64,000 nucleotides of DNA from Deltaproteobacteria bacterium (lineage in GTDB: Bacteria; Myxococcota; JACRCW01): assembly GCA_016218805.1 (NCBI GenBank), contig JACRCW010000040.1:1-64000 (forward strand), in the 5' to 3' direction. The notes under the pieces are model-generated. The model made no database searches, was not told the origin of the DNA, and was given only the letters and a program-made list of their open reading frames with translations. Position 1 is the first letter of the stretch. Every line of letters starts with the position of its first letter. Positions 26,471 to 35,937 of this stretch are shown here, piece by piece. A program made the translations under genes and the position numbers.

Positions 26471-26486
26471 TTGGCACGCGGGTTGC
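26471..26486 (+). promoter_or_regulatory. Putative sigma-54 (-24/-12) promoter upstream of lptA-lptB-rpoN
   Basis: TTGGCACGCGGGTTGC matches TGGCAC-N5-TTGC exactly. Confidence 0.7.
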
Positions 26487-26507
26487 CCGGGGGTTACGTT
26501 CCCCGCC

Positions 26508-26993
26508 GTGGCACCGTCCTTGCTGATCCTTGGTGTCTTTGCGCTGTCAAGCGCCGCGGGTGCCCCCTCCACTGCCCCGGGGCTCCAGCAGAAGAAACCC
26601 GTTGGATTCCGTTCAGATGCCTGCAAGATGACGCCGGGAACGGGCGGCACCCGCACGCTGACCTGCGCGGGCAACGTGAAGGTCTGGCGGGATGACCTCA
26701 GCCTCACCTGCCAGCGGGCGGTGCTGGAGTTTGGATCAGACAGCACGCTGCGCACGGCCCATTGCGTGGGTGCGGTGCGCATCCAGGGCCCGCAGGGGAC
26801 CGCACAGGCCGCCGAGGCGCGGTTTGACGCGGCCCGCAACAGCGTGACGCTGACGGGCCGGCCGCGCGCCGCCCAGGCGGGCAGCGTGCTGGAGGGCCAG
26901 GTCATCCGGCTGGACGTGGTCACCGGGGAGATCACGGTGGAGGGCGCCACCGGCGTGGTGGACCCCGGCCTGGCCCCGGGGGTGAAGCCATGA
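26508..26993 (+). CDS. lptA: LptA/OstA-family LPS transport periplasmic protein
   Basis: Signal peptide, GNVKVWR, VTLTGRPRAAQAGSVLEGQVI; directly upstream of lptB with ATGA overlap. GTG start inferred. Confidence 0.8.
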   Translation: MAPSLLILGVFALSSAAGAPSTAPGLQQKKPVGFRSDACKMTPGTGGTRTLTCAGNVKVWRDDLSLTCQRAVLEFGSDSTLRTAHCVGAVRIQGPQGTAQAAEARFDAARNSVTLTGRPRAAQAGSVLEGQVIRLDVVTGEITVEGATGVVDPGLAPGVKP

Positions 26994-27754
26994 GCCAGGC
27001 CGCCGCCGTCCCGGCCACCACGCCCACCGCTGCCCGCACGGCGCTGCGCGCCTCCGGCCTGGTCAAGCGGTACGGCGCGCGCACGGTGGTGGACGGGGTG
27101 TCCTTTGACGTCCTTACCGGCGAGGTGGTGGGCCTGCTGGGCCCCAACGGCGCGGGGAAGTCCACGTCCTTCCACATGGTGGCGGGCCTGGTCACGCCGG
27201 ACGGCGGCGAAGTCACCCTGGCGGACCGCCCGCTGCACGGGCGCCCGCTGTATGAACGCGCGCGTTCGGGGCTGGGCTACCTGCCGCAGGAGGCTTCCAT
27301 CTTCCGCGGCCTGAGCGTGCGGGACAACCTGCTGGCGGTGCTGGAGGGGATGCCGCTGGGACGCGCGGAGCGCGCGCGCGAGGCGGACGCGCTGCTGGCG
27401 GAGTTCTCACTGGCGCACGTGGCGGGCAACAAGGGCAGCGAGCTCAGCGGCGGCGAGCGCCGGCGCGCCGAGATTGCCCGTGCGCTGTGCACCCGCCCCA
27501 CGCACCTGCTGTTTGACGAGCCGTTTGCGGGGGTGGACCCCATTGCGGTGGCGGAGATCCAGCGGGTGATCATGTCCCTCAAGGCGCGCGGCCTGGGGAT
27601 CCTCATCACGGACCACAACGTGCGCGAGACGCTCAACGTGTGCGACCGCGCCTACCTCATCAGCAAGGGCCGCATCCTGCTGGCCGGCTCGCCGCGGGAG
27701 ATTCTGGAAAGCGCGGTGGCGCGCGAGGTGTACCTGGGGGAGGGATTCCAGTGA
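26990..27754 (+). CDS. lptB: LPS export ABC transporter ATP-binding protein
   Basis: GPNGAGKS, GYLPQEASIF, LSGGERRRAEIARAL, DEPFAGVDPI, ITDHNVRETL, VYLGEGF. Confidence 0.96.
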   Translation: MSQAAAVPATTPTAARTALRASGLVKRYGARTVVDGVSFDVLTGEVVGLLGPNGAGKSTSFHMVAGLVTPDGGEVTLADRPLHGRPLYERARSGLGYLPQEASIFRGLSVRDNLLAVLEGMPLGRAERAREADALLAEFSLAHVAGNKGSELSGGERRRAEIARALCTRPTHLLFDEPFAGVDPIAVAEIQRVIMSLKARGLGILITDHNVRETLNVCDRAYLISKGRILLAGSPREILESAVAREVYLGEGFQ

Positions 27755-27791
27755 TGAACAACGCAATGACGTGGGACCGAGGAGGTGGGCC

Positions 27792-29330
27792 ATGGCCATG
27801 GAAATGAAACAGAGCCTGCGCATGACGCAGTCCCTGGTCATGACGCCGCAGCTCCAGATGGCCATCAAGCTGTTGCAGCTCAACCAGATGGAGCTGGTGG
27901 AGGCCATCAACCAGGAAATGCTGGAAAACCCGCTGCTGGAGGAGAAGCAGGAACGCGCCAACGAAGAGGCCGGCGTGGAGGCGGACGCCGCCAAGGAGAA
28001 CCCCGTGCCCCCGCCGGCGGAGGCCCAGCCCTCCGAGGTGCGCCTGGACGCGCCCGACACACAGGAACGCGCCCAGAAGGAACTGGACATTGACTGGGAG
28101 CGCGTGGCGTCCGACTACAGCTACCAGCCCACCGGCACGGGCGTGAAGATCCCCGACGAGGAATTGCCCGGATATGACCAGACACTGACCCGCCGCGAGA
28201 CGCTGCACGACCACCTGGCCTGGCAGCTGCGCATGAGCGGCATGAACAGCCAGGAGCTGGAGATTGGCTTCCGCATCATTGGTGACATTGACCCGGGCGG
28301 GTACCTGCGCACGCGGGAGGACGAAGAGGCGGCCGAGGACGCGCTGGACATCATTGCCGAAGAGATGGACGTGCCCAAGAGCTGGGTGGAGAACGTGCAC
28401 CAGCGCATCCTGCGGTTTGACCCGCTGGGCGTGGGGTCACGTGACCTGCGCGAATGCCTGATGGTCCAGCTGGACGTGGGCGGCTACGACGCGGACGACC
28501 TGGTGTACCGGCTGGTGGCAGACCACCTCAAGGACGTGGAAAAGCGCGCTTTCCACGCGGTGGCCAAGGCCCTGAAAGTCCCACTGGAGGAGATTGGCGA
28601 GGCGGTGAAGATCATTGCCACCATGGAGCCGCGCCCCGGGCGCAATTTCTCATCCGGCGGCGAGGTGGTGGAGGACGCGCAGTACATCACGCCGGACATT
28701 GCGGTGCAGAAGGTGGGGGACAGCTGGGCCATTGTGCTCAATGAGGACGGCATGCCGCGGCTGCGCATCAGCCGCTTCTACGCCAACCAGATCCTCAAGC
28801 AGGCGCAGCGCGGGGACCCGTCCAAGGCGTACATCCAGGACAAGCTGCGCAGCGCCACCTGGCTCATCCGCTCCATCCACCAGCGGCAGCGCACCATCTA
28901 CAAGGTGATGGAGAGCATCCTGAAGCACCAGCGGGAGTTCTTTGACAAGGGCGTGAACCACCTCAAGCCGCTCATCCTGCGTGACGTGGCAGACGACATT
29001 GGCATGCACGAGTCCACCGTGAGCCGGGTGACGTCCAACAAGTACGTGCACACGCCGCAGGGGATCTTTGAGCTGAAGTACTTTTTCAACAGCACCATCA
29101 AGGGCACCGGCGCGCAGGATGACCTGGCCAGCGAGGCCGTGAAGAGCCACATCAAGGAACTCATTGGCAAGGAGAACCCCAAGAAGCCGCTGAGCGACCA
29201 GCAGATTGTCAACCTGCTCAAGCAGCGCGACATAGACATTGCGCGCCGCACCGTGGCGAAATACCGGGAAATGATGGGCATCCTCCCGTCCTCCAAGCGG
29301 AAGGACGTGTTTGGCAGTCCCGCCGGGTGA
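27792..29330 (+). CDS. rpoN: RNA polymerase sigma-54 factor
   Basis: MTPQLQMAIKLLQL, HESTVSRV, ELKYFF, RpoN box ARRTVAKYRE; GGAGG RBS. Confidence 0.98.
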   Translation: MAMEMKQSLRMTQSLVMTPQLQMAIKLLQLNQMELVEAINQEMLENPLLEEKQERANEEAGVEADAAKENPVPPPAEAQPSEVRLDAPDTQERAQKELDIDWERVASDYSYQPTGTGVKIPDEELPGYDQTLTRRETLHDHLAWQLRMSGMNSQELEIGFRIIGDIDPGGYLRTREDEEAAEDALDIIAEEMDVPKSWVENVHQRILRFDPLGVGSRDLRECLMVQLDVGGYDADDLVYRLVADHLKDVEKRAFHAVAKALKVPLEEIGEAVKIIATMEPRPGRNFSSGGEVVEDAQYITPDIAVQKVGDSWAIVLNEDGMPRLRISRFYANQILKQAQRGDPSKAYIQDKLRSATWLIRSIHQRQRTIYKVMESILKHQREFFDKGVNHLKPLILRDVADDIGMHESTVSRVTSNKYVHTPQGIFELKYFFNSTIKGTGAQDDLASEAVKSHIKELIGKENPKKPLSDQQIVNLLKQRDIDIARRTVAKYREMMGILPSSKRKDVFGSPAG

Positions 29331-29420
29331 GTTCCGGTTCAGTCCCGTGGATTCCGCACGGTGGTGGACGTGCGGCTCATGGCGCGGCAGCCGGGATGAG
29401 CACCGGCGGGTGCCGCCACC

Positions 29421-29957
29421 TCAGGCGGGGAACTTCTTGAGCGCTTCCGCGCTGGCCCGCCCCGTGGACAACAGCGTTTCCAACATGGCGCGGCCTGCGC
29501 CCGCCAGCAGCAACAGGGAGCGCATGGCCTGGCGGAGGTGCCGGGTCTCCGCGTCCTGCGGCGCGTCCGCCAGCGCCTCCAGCGCGGTGCGGATGACCTC
29601 CTCCGTGCGCCGCACCATCGGCAGTTCGCGCTGGCGCAGGACGTTGCTGACCATGCCCCACACGTCACTCTCCGCGCGCCAGCTCTGCGCGCGCCGCGTG
29701 CGCGTGGACAGCACCACCGCTTCGTGCACCACACCCCACCGCTTGAGCTCCGCCAGCGCCACTGAAATGGCGGACGGGCTCAACGCCAGCCGCCGCCCAA
29801 TCTCCGCCGCGGTCAACGGGCGTTCCGACAGATACAGCACCGTCCAGATGCGCCCCAGCACGCGCTTGAAGCCCCAGAACTCCATCAGCGAACCGACGTG
29901 CTCCGCCACAAACAGGCGGACGTCTTTCAGCGGATCCTGCGGCGCGGGATGAGCCAT
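29421..29957 (-). CDS. GbsR/MarR-family winged-helix transcriptional regulator
   Basis: MEFWGFKRVLGRIWTVLYLSERPLTAAEIGRRLALSPSAISVALAELKRWGVV. Confidence 0.85.
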   Translation of the reverse strand: MAHPAPQDPLKDVRLFVAEHVGSLMEFWGFKRVLGRIWTVLYLSERPLTAAEIGRRLALSPSAISVALAELKRWGVVHEAVVLSTRTRRAQSWRAESDVWGMVSNVLRQRELPMVRRTEEVIRTALEALADAPQDAETRHLRQAMRSLLLLAGAGRAMLETLLSTGRASAEALKKFPA

Positions 29958-30004
29958 GGCTTGATGCACGGTTAGCAGATGGGGCGCGCGCGCCGCACGC
30001 GCGT

Positions 30005-31012
30005 TCAACGGTCGCGCCGGCCCAGACCCGCACACACCGCCGCCAGCACCTGCCGCGCCGCGGACGCGGGCAACCCGGCCAGCGCTTCCTGCACGGGGTC
30101 CAGCTCCGCGGCGGCGGTCTGCAGCGCGCGCGGCACCGCGTGCGTCCGCGCCACCGCGTGGCTCACCACGCGCCCCAGGCCGCGCTCGTCCAGGCCGGTG
30201 CGCAGGGCCAGCCGGAGCGCTTCGCGGTGCAGGGGCGCGGCGTGCAGCGCCAGCGCCAGCGGGAAGCTGACCGTCCCCTGCGCAATGTCCTTTCCAACCG
30301 CTTTGCCGACGACACTCGCGCTGCCCGCCAGGTCCAGCACGTCATCCGCAACCTGGAACGCAATGCCCAGGTGCACAAACGCCTCGCCCAGCGTGACGGC
30401 GTGGGACAGCTCCCGCCCGGCGGTCAGCGCGCCCACCTCCGCGCACAAGCGCATGAGCGCCCCCGTCTTCAGCGCGGCCACCCGCAGCGCGCCGGCGGGC
30501 TCCAGGTCCACGTCACCGCGCTGCCGCAGCTGGAGCAGCTCCCCGGTCACCAGCTGCTGCAACGCGTGCACCGTGCGCTCCACCACGTCACGGCCCAGCG
30601 CGTGCGCCTGCGCCATGGCGCGGACCACCAGCGCATCCCCGCCCAGCACCGCCGCCGCGTTGCCCATGGCCGCCGCCGCGCTGGGCGCACCCCGGCGCGT
30701 GGGGGCCTCATCCACCACGTCATCATGCAGCAGCGTGGACAGGTGGATGATCTCCACCAGCGCCGCCGCGTCCGCGCACGCACGCCCGCCCGCGCCACCC
30801 AGCGCCCGGTGCACCAGGCCCACCAGCAGCGGGCGCACCAACTTGCCCGGGCGGTCCGTCATCAGGCGCGCCGCCGCGCCACCCGGACCCGGCAGGCCCG
30901 CCGCGGCGTCCTCCACGCCCTGCCGGACCTGGCCCACCTCGTCGGAAAGCAGCCGCAGCGCCGCCGCGTGGGCGTGGGCAAAGTCCTGGGGGGGAAGGTG
31001 CGCGGTGTCCAT
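30005..31012 (-). CDS. Polyprenyl diphosphate synthase (quinone side chain; IspB/HepT-like)
   Basis: GKLVRP, LLHDDVVD...RRG (first DDxxD), KTGAL, FQVADDVLD, GKDIAQG. Confidence 0.92.
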   Translation of the reverse strand: MDTAHLPPQDFAHAHAAALRLLSDEVGQVRQGVEDAAAGLPGPGGAAARLMTDRPGKLVRPLLVGLVHRALGGAGGRACADAAALVEIIHLSTLLHDDVVDEAPTRRGAPSAAAAMGNAAAVLGGDALVVRAMAQAHALGRDVVERTVHALQQLVTGELLQLRQRGDVDLEPAGALRVAALKTGALMRLCAEVGALTAGRELSHAVTLGEAFVHLGIAFQVADDVLDLAGSASVVGKAVGKDIAQGTVSFPLALALHAAPLHREALRLALRTGLDERGLGRVVSHAVARTHAVPRALQTAAAELDPVQEALAGLPASAARQVLAAVCAGLGRRDR

Positions 31013-31021
31013 GGGTTGTAT

Positions 31022-31043
31022 TGTTTCAAAAACTTGTGAAATA
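31022..31043. promoter_or_regulatory. AT-rich palindrome, candidate operator for the GbsR-like regulator
   Basis: TG-TTTCA-AAAACTTG-TGAAA-TA (TTTCA-N8-TGAAA), about 10 bp upstream of the polyprenyl synthase/regulator unit. Confidence 0.55.
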
Positions 31044-31096
31044 TTCAACCATCAAGACAGTGGACCGCCGGGCACGGCAACCGCGCTGCCGCGGGT

Positions 31097-32401
31097 TCAT
31101 CCGGACGGACCTCCCGCCAGCCCGCGCAGGGCGGCGCGGTCCAACTTGCCCAGCGCCGTGCGCGGAAGCGCCGCCACAAACCGGAAGCGCTCCGGGACCT
31201 TGAAGCGCGCGAGCCGGTCCGCGCACCAGGCCCGCAGCACGGCCTCGTCCGCGCCCGCCACGACGAGCGCGACCGGGACCTGGCCCAGGCGCGCGTGCTC
31301 TTCCGGCAGGACGGCGGCATCCTGGACCGCCGGATGCGCCAGCAGCACTGCTTCCACTTCGGCCGGGTAGACGTTCTCACCGCCGCGCAGGACCAGGTCC
31401 GTCCTACGGCAGTGCACGGTGAGGCGGCCCTCCGCATCCAGCGACCCCACATCCCCGGTCCGCAGCCACCCGTCGTGGTGCGCCGCCGCGGTCGCGCGCG
31501 GGTCATCCAGGTAGCCGTCAAACAGCGTGGGACCGCGCAGCTCAATTCCGCCGGTCGCGGCCGGAGACCCCGCGTCATCCACAATGCGCACCGTGGTCCC
31601 CGGCAGCGGCAGCCCCGCGTCCAGGCCCCGGGGCGCGCGTTGGGTGGTCACCTGCGAGCATCCTTCGGTGAGGCCATAGGTGAGGCGCACCGGGACGCCC
31701 GCGGCACGGGCGCGCGTGACGACGTCCGGACGCGCGGGCCCGCCGCCCACCAGCACGGCGCGCAGTGCGTGTTGCCACACGGGCGTACCGTCCAGGAGCC
31801 GCAGCAACGTGGTTCCCACCAGGCTGGCGTGCGTGATGCCATCATGCTGCAACGCCGCGGCGGTCATGCGCGGGTCAAACCGCGGGTGCAATTCCAGGAA
31901 CGCGCCGTCGTGGAGGACGCGCCACAGCATGGCCAGGCCGCCCACGTGGCACAGCGGGAGGTTGCAGAGCCACCGTGATCCTGCGTCCGTTCCCAGGACC
32001 TGCGCGGAGGCCGCGGCAGAAGCCTGCAGCGCGCGCGTTGAAAGAATGGCGCCGCGCGGCGTGCCGGTTGTACCCGACGTGAACACCACCACCGCCGGCC
32101 CCGCGGCGGGCGCGCCCACCTGTGACTGCGCCATCCGCGCGCGCGCCTCCGGCGCCGCAAGACCCGGATGGATCACCACGGTCCACGCGCGCCGGCGCGC
32201 CGCTGCGAAAAGCCGGAACACGGTTTCCGGAGTGTTGTGCGCAACCAGCACGTTCCGGCCGCCGGGCCGCACATGCTGCTCCGCGGCGGTCACTTCCTCG
32301 TCGAGATCACGCCAACTCCAGCGCCGGCCTTGAAACGCCAGGGCCGCATCCGCCGGGCGCGCGGCAGCGTGGCGGGCAACCGGGCACTCCGGGGCTTTCA
32401 T
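31097..32401 (-). CDS. menE: o-succinylbenzoate-CoA ligase
   Basis: FTSGTTGTPRG, LPLCHVGG, TYGLTEGCSQ, GWLRTGDVG, GGENVYPAEVE, LPRTALGK; men cluster context. Confidence 0.9.
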   Translation of the reverse strand: MKAPECPVARHAAARPADAALAFQGRRWSWRDLDEEVTAAEQHVRPGGRNVLVAHNTPETVFRLFAAARRRAWTVVIHPGLAAPEARARMAQSQVGAPAAGPAVVVFTSGTTGTPRGAILSTRALQASAAASAQVLGTDAGSRWLCNLPLCHVGGLAMLWRVLHDGAFLELHPRFDPRMTAAALQHDGITHASLVGTTLLRLLDGTPVWQHALRAVLVGGGPARPDVVTRARAAGVPVRLTYGLTEGCSQVTTQRAPRGLDAGLPLPGTTVRIVDDAGSPAATGGIELRGPTLFDGYLDDPRATAAAHHDGWLRTGDVGSLDAEGRLTVHCRRTDLVLRGGENVYPAEVEAVLLAHPAVQDAAVLPEEHARLGQVPVALVVAGADEAVLRAWCADRLARFKVPERFRFVAALPRTALGKLDRAALRGLAGGPSG

Positions 32402-33450
32402 GCGAAGGCGTCCTCCTGGAAACCCAGTCCGCTGGCGGCGGGAAGCTCCGCGCCGCCGTCCACAGGCGCTGCGGGATCGGCAGCGTACTCGCCGTCAAAG
32501 TGGGACCCGGTGGCCAGCCCCGCCGGCAGGTCACCGGGCAGCGCACACGCCAGGTGAAGCGCGGCCAGGCGCGCCACCACGCCGTCAAGCGTGGAGGTCA
32601 CCACGCAGTCCATCCCATGCTCCGCGGCGACGGCGGCGATGCGCATGGACGGCAGCACGCCGCCCTGCACCGCCGGCTTCAGCACCACCACATCCGCCAC
32701 CCCGCCCCCCAGCACGTGCTGGCGCGCTGCTGACATCCACATGTCCGCGGCAATGGGAACGCGCGTCTGCGTGCGCAGCCCAACCGCTTCCGCGGACGAG
32801 GCCACCGGATCCTCGCAGTACGCCAGGCGCGCCGGTTCCATGGACCCGAGCATCCGCGCGGCGGTGGCGCCGTCACAGGCACCGTTCGCGTCAACGCGCA
32901 GCACCGCGTCACCACCCGCCGCGTCGCGCGCGGAGAACACGCGCCGGGTGTCGGCGCTGCCAATGCCCACTTTCAACTTGAACGCGCGGAATCCCTCACG
33001 GCGCAGCCGTGCAATCTCCGGCGCCGGATCCACGTCACCGGCCACCACCGCGTTGAGCTCAACCCGGCGTCTGAAGCTCCTCCCCAGCAGGAACGCAACC
33101 GGCACGCCCTGGAGCCGCGCCAGCGCGTCCAGCAACGCCGTCTCCACGGCGAACCGCGCACACGGAGCGCCCTCCAAAGTCACATGGGACGCCACCCTGT
33201 CTACGTCACGCACGTTGTCCACTTGGGCATTCGGCAACAGCCCTTGCGCGCGCTCCAGCGCGCGGCGCGCGTGCTCCACGTCCTCCGTTCCCGCAGCCGC
33301 CAGCGGCGTGCATTCGCCCACGCCGACCACGCCGCCCAGCTCAATGAACAAGAGCCACCCGTCCCGCGTGTGCTGCACGCCCGCCGACGTGACGAACGGG
33401 CGCCGCAAGGTCATCTGCACCGGACGGATGTGAACACGGGAGATCTTCAT
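32398..33450 (-). CDS. menC: o-succinylbenzoate synthase (enolase superfamily)
   Basis: FKLKVG, LRVDANG, EDP, IAAD, VVLKP; ATG at 33450 overlaps the menA stop. Confidence 0.88.
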   Translation of the reverse strand: MKISRVHIRPVQMTLRRPFVTSAGVQHTRDGWLLFIELGGVVGVGECTPLAAAGTEDVEHARRALERAQGLLPNAQVDNVRDVDRVASHVTLEGAPCARFAVETALLDALARLQGVPVAFLLGRSFRRRVELNAVVAGDVDPAPEIARLRREGFRAFKLKVGIGSADTRRVFSARDAAGGDAVLRVDANGACDGATAARMLGSMEPARLAYCEDPVASSAEAVGLRTQTRVPIAADMWMSAARQHVLGGGVADVVVLKPAVQGGVLPSMRIAAVAAEHGMDCVVTSTLDGVVARLAALHLACALPGDLPAGLATGSHFDGEYAADPAAPVDGGAELPAASGLGFQEDAFA

Positions 33451-34346
33451 CCGGTAAGAATTCCAAACGCGAGGAGGACGCCGTAGGCGGCGTGCAACCG
33501 CGCCGTGCCGGCCAGGGCGGCATTCAACGGCGCGCCGCGCTGGCGCCACACCAGGCGCAGCGGCCCGGCGCACAACAGCAGCGCCCCCAGCGCCAGTGAC
33601 GACGACCAACTGCCCACCACCACGCCTAGGAGCAGCGGCCACGCGAACGCCGCGGTGACAAGCACTGCGTATTGCACCCGCGTTGCGCGTTCACCCAGGC
33701 GCACCGCCAACGTGCGTTTGCCCGCACGCGCGTCGGTGGAGACGTCACGCAGGTTGTTGACCACCAACAGCGCCGCTGCGAGCAGTCCCACGGGTACGGA
33801 AACCCACGCGGCCAGCGGGGAGAGCCGCACTGCCTGGACCCAGTGGGCCCCCATCACCGCCACCGGGCCAAAGAACACAAACACAAACACATCGCCAAGG
33901 CCGTGGTACGCCAGTGGCCAGGGGCCGCCGGTGTACGCGTAACCGCTCAGCAGCGAGGCGATTCCGACGACGAGAATGGGCCACCCACCGCGGTCCACCA
34001 GGTACAGGCCAATGACGAACGCCGCGGCAAAACACCCCCCGGCTGCCAGGAGCACCGCCCGCGGTGAAACCAGCCCCAACTGGGTCACGCGCGGAGGCCC
34101 GAGCCGTTCCGCCGTGTCCGCACCGCGTTGAAAGTCGTAGCAGTCGTTCACCAGGTTGGTGCCCACCTGAATGAGCAGCGCCGCCATCAGCGCCGCCAGC
34201 GCGGACGGGCCGTGCAGCGCGCCTTCGCGCCAGGCCACTGCCGTTCCCACCAGCACGGGGATGACGCCCGCGGTGAGCGTGCGCGGGCGGGTCGCCAACA
34301 ACCACGTCGTGACCCGGCCCGGTGCCAGCTGCGCCGTGGCGCTCAC
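33447..34346 (-). CDS. menA: 1,4-dihydroxy-2-naphthoate polyprenyltransferase
   Basis: [54 protein letters not shown]. Confidence 0.95.
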   Translation of the reverse strand: MSATAQLAPGRVTTWLLATRPRTLTAGVIPVLVGTAVAWREGALHGPSALAALMAALLIQVGTNLVNDCYDFQRGADTAERLGPPRVTQLGLVSPRAVLLAAGGCFAAAFVIGLYLVDRGGWPILVVGIASLLSGYAYTGGPWPLAYHGLGDVFVFVFFGPVAVMGAHWVQAVRLSPLAAWVSVPVGLLAAALLVVNNLRDVSTDARAGKRTLAVRLGERATRVQYAVLVTAAFAWPLLLGVVVGSWSSSLALGALLLCAGPLRLVWRQRGAPLNAALAGTARLHAAYGVLLAFGILTG

Positions 34347-35161
34347 GGCAGCCTCGGAAACTTGCGGAAATCCGGACGGCGCCGTTCCAGAAAGGCGTTC
34401 TTTCCCTCCTTAGCCTCCTCCGTCATGTAGTAAAGCAGCGTGGCGTTGCCCGCGAGCTCCTGCACGCCCGCCTGTCCATCGAGATCCGCATTGAAAGACG
34501 CCTTCAACAGCCGGAGTGCGAGCGGGCTGAGCGTGAGCATCTCGCGGCACCAGGTCACCGTCTCCTCTTCCAGCCGCTCCAGCGGCACCACCGTGTTGAC
34601 CAGACCCATCTGCAGCGCCTGCTGCGCGTCGTACTGGCGGCACAGGAACCAGATCTCCCGCGCCTTCTTCTGGCCGACCATGGACGCGAGGAACGACGCG
34701 CCAAAGCCACCGTCAAACGAGCCCACCCGCGGCCCGGTCTGGCCGAACCGTGCGTTGTCCGCGGCAATGGTGAGGTCACAGACGACGTGGAGCACGTGGC
34801 CGCCGCCGATGGCGTAGCCCGCCACCATGGCAACCACCGGCTTGGGCAATGAGCGGATCTGTTTCTGCAGGTCCAGCACGTTGAGGCGCGGCACACCGTC
34901 TTCGCCGACGTAGCCGGCATGCCCGCGGATGCGTTGGTCACCGCCGGCGCAGAACGCGTCGGGGCCTTCGCCCGTGAGAATGACCACGCCCGTCTCCGGG
35001 TCCTCCCGCGCGTCCATGAACGCCTGGGACATCTCCGTGAGGGTCTGCGGCCGGAACGCGTTGCGGACCTCCGGGCGGTTGATGGTGATCTTCGCAATGC
35101 CCTCGAGCTTTTCGTAGCGGATGTCCTTGAAGTCGCGGACGTGCTTCCAGGGGTACTTCAT
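34343..35161 (-). CDS. menB: 1,4-dihydroxy-2-naphthoyl-CoA synthase
   Basis: [53 protein letters not shown]. Confidence 0.97.
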   Translation of the reverse strand: MKYPWKHVRDFKDIRYEKLEGIAKITINRPEVRNAFRPQTLTEMSQAFMDAREDPETGVVILTGEGPDAFCAGGDQRIRGHAGYVGEDGVPRLNVLDLQKQIRSLPKPVVAMVAGYAIGGGHVLHVVCDLTIAADNARFGQTGPRVGSFDGGFGASFLASMVGQKKAREIWFLCRQYDAQQALQMGLVNTVVPLERLEEETVTWCREMLTLSPLALRLLKASFNADLDGQAGVQELAGNATLLYYMTEEAKEGKNAFLERRRPDFRKFPRLP

Positions 35162-35937
35162 GGCGTGGCCTCCGTGGCGATACCGTGTTGGCGGGTGAAT
35201 GTGAGGACGACGTCAGACCAGCGCGCGGCGGCGCTGGCGTGGATGGCGTGAAAACCGGGAAGAGCAATGTGCTGTGCGCGGGGAAACAACCGCTCCATGC
35301 GCACGTTGCGCTCCGCCGCGCGGGTGTCGCTGGCGCCGTTGAGGAGCAACACCGGGCACCGCACCTCCTGGAGCGCGTCCCAGCACGGCGGCATCCGCCC
35401 CGTCCCCAGGCAGCGCAGCGCCGCCGCAAGCGCGTGTGCGTCCTGCGTGCTCCGTTGCTCCGCCGCCTCCGGATCCACAAATCCGCCGAAAGCCGGCTGG
35501 GCCACCCACGCTTCCGTGAATGCCTGCACGCCGCCGGACTCCAGCAGCGCCATCCAGCGTTCATCGTCTGCAAGGCGGCGTGCGCGGTCCGCGTCCTCCG
35601 TGATGCCCGGTGACACACCGTCAAGCACCAGACCCGCCACGCACTCCGGGTGGCGCGCCGCGAGGCGCAACGCGACGCGTCCGCCCATGGAGTAGCCAAC
35701 GACCACATGGGCGCGCTGCAAGCCCGCGGCGACGGCGTCCACGACGTCGTCAAACGTCACGGCGGGCCCCGGCGCCGCGGACCGGCCGTGGCCCGGGAGG
35801 TCCGGTGCCACCACGCGCAGGTAGGGACTCCAAACGGCACGGAAGCGGGACCACATGCGCGCGTCACGCGTGAAGCCGTGCAGCAGCAGCGTGGGGACGC
35901 CGCCGGTTCCCCACGGATGCACCGACATACCCATCAC
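35158..35937 (-). CDS. menH: SHCHC synthase (alpha/beta hydrolase)
   Basis: [30 protein letters not shown]; between menD and menB. Confidence 0.88.
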   Translation of the reverse strand: MMGMSVHPWGTGGVPTLLLHGFTRDARMWSRFRAVWSPYLRVVAPDLPGHGRSAAPGPAVTFDDVVDAVAAGLQRAHVVVGYSMGGRVALRLAARHPECVAGLVLDGVSPGITEDADRARRLADDERWMALLESGGVQAFTEAWVAQPAFGGFVDPEAAEQRSTQDAHALAAALRCLGTGRMPPCWDALQEVRCPVLLLNGASDTRAAERNVRMERLFPRAQHIALPGFHAIHASAAARWSDVVLTFTRQHGIATEATP

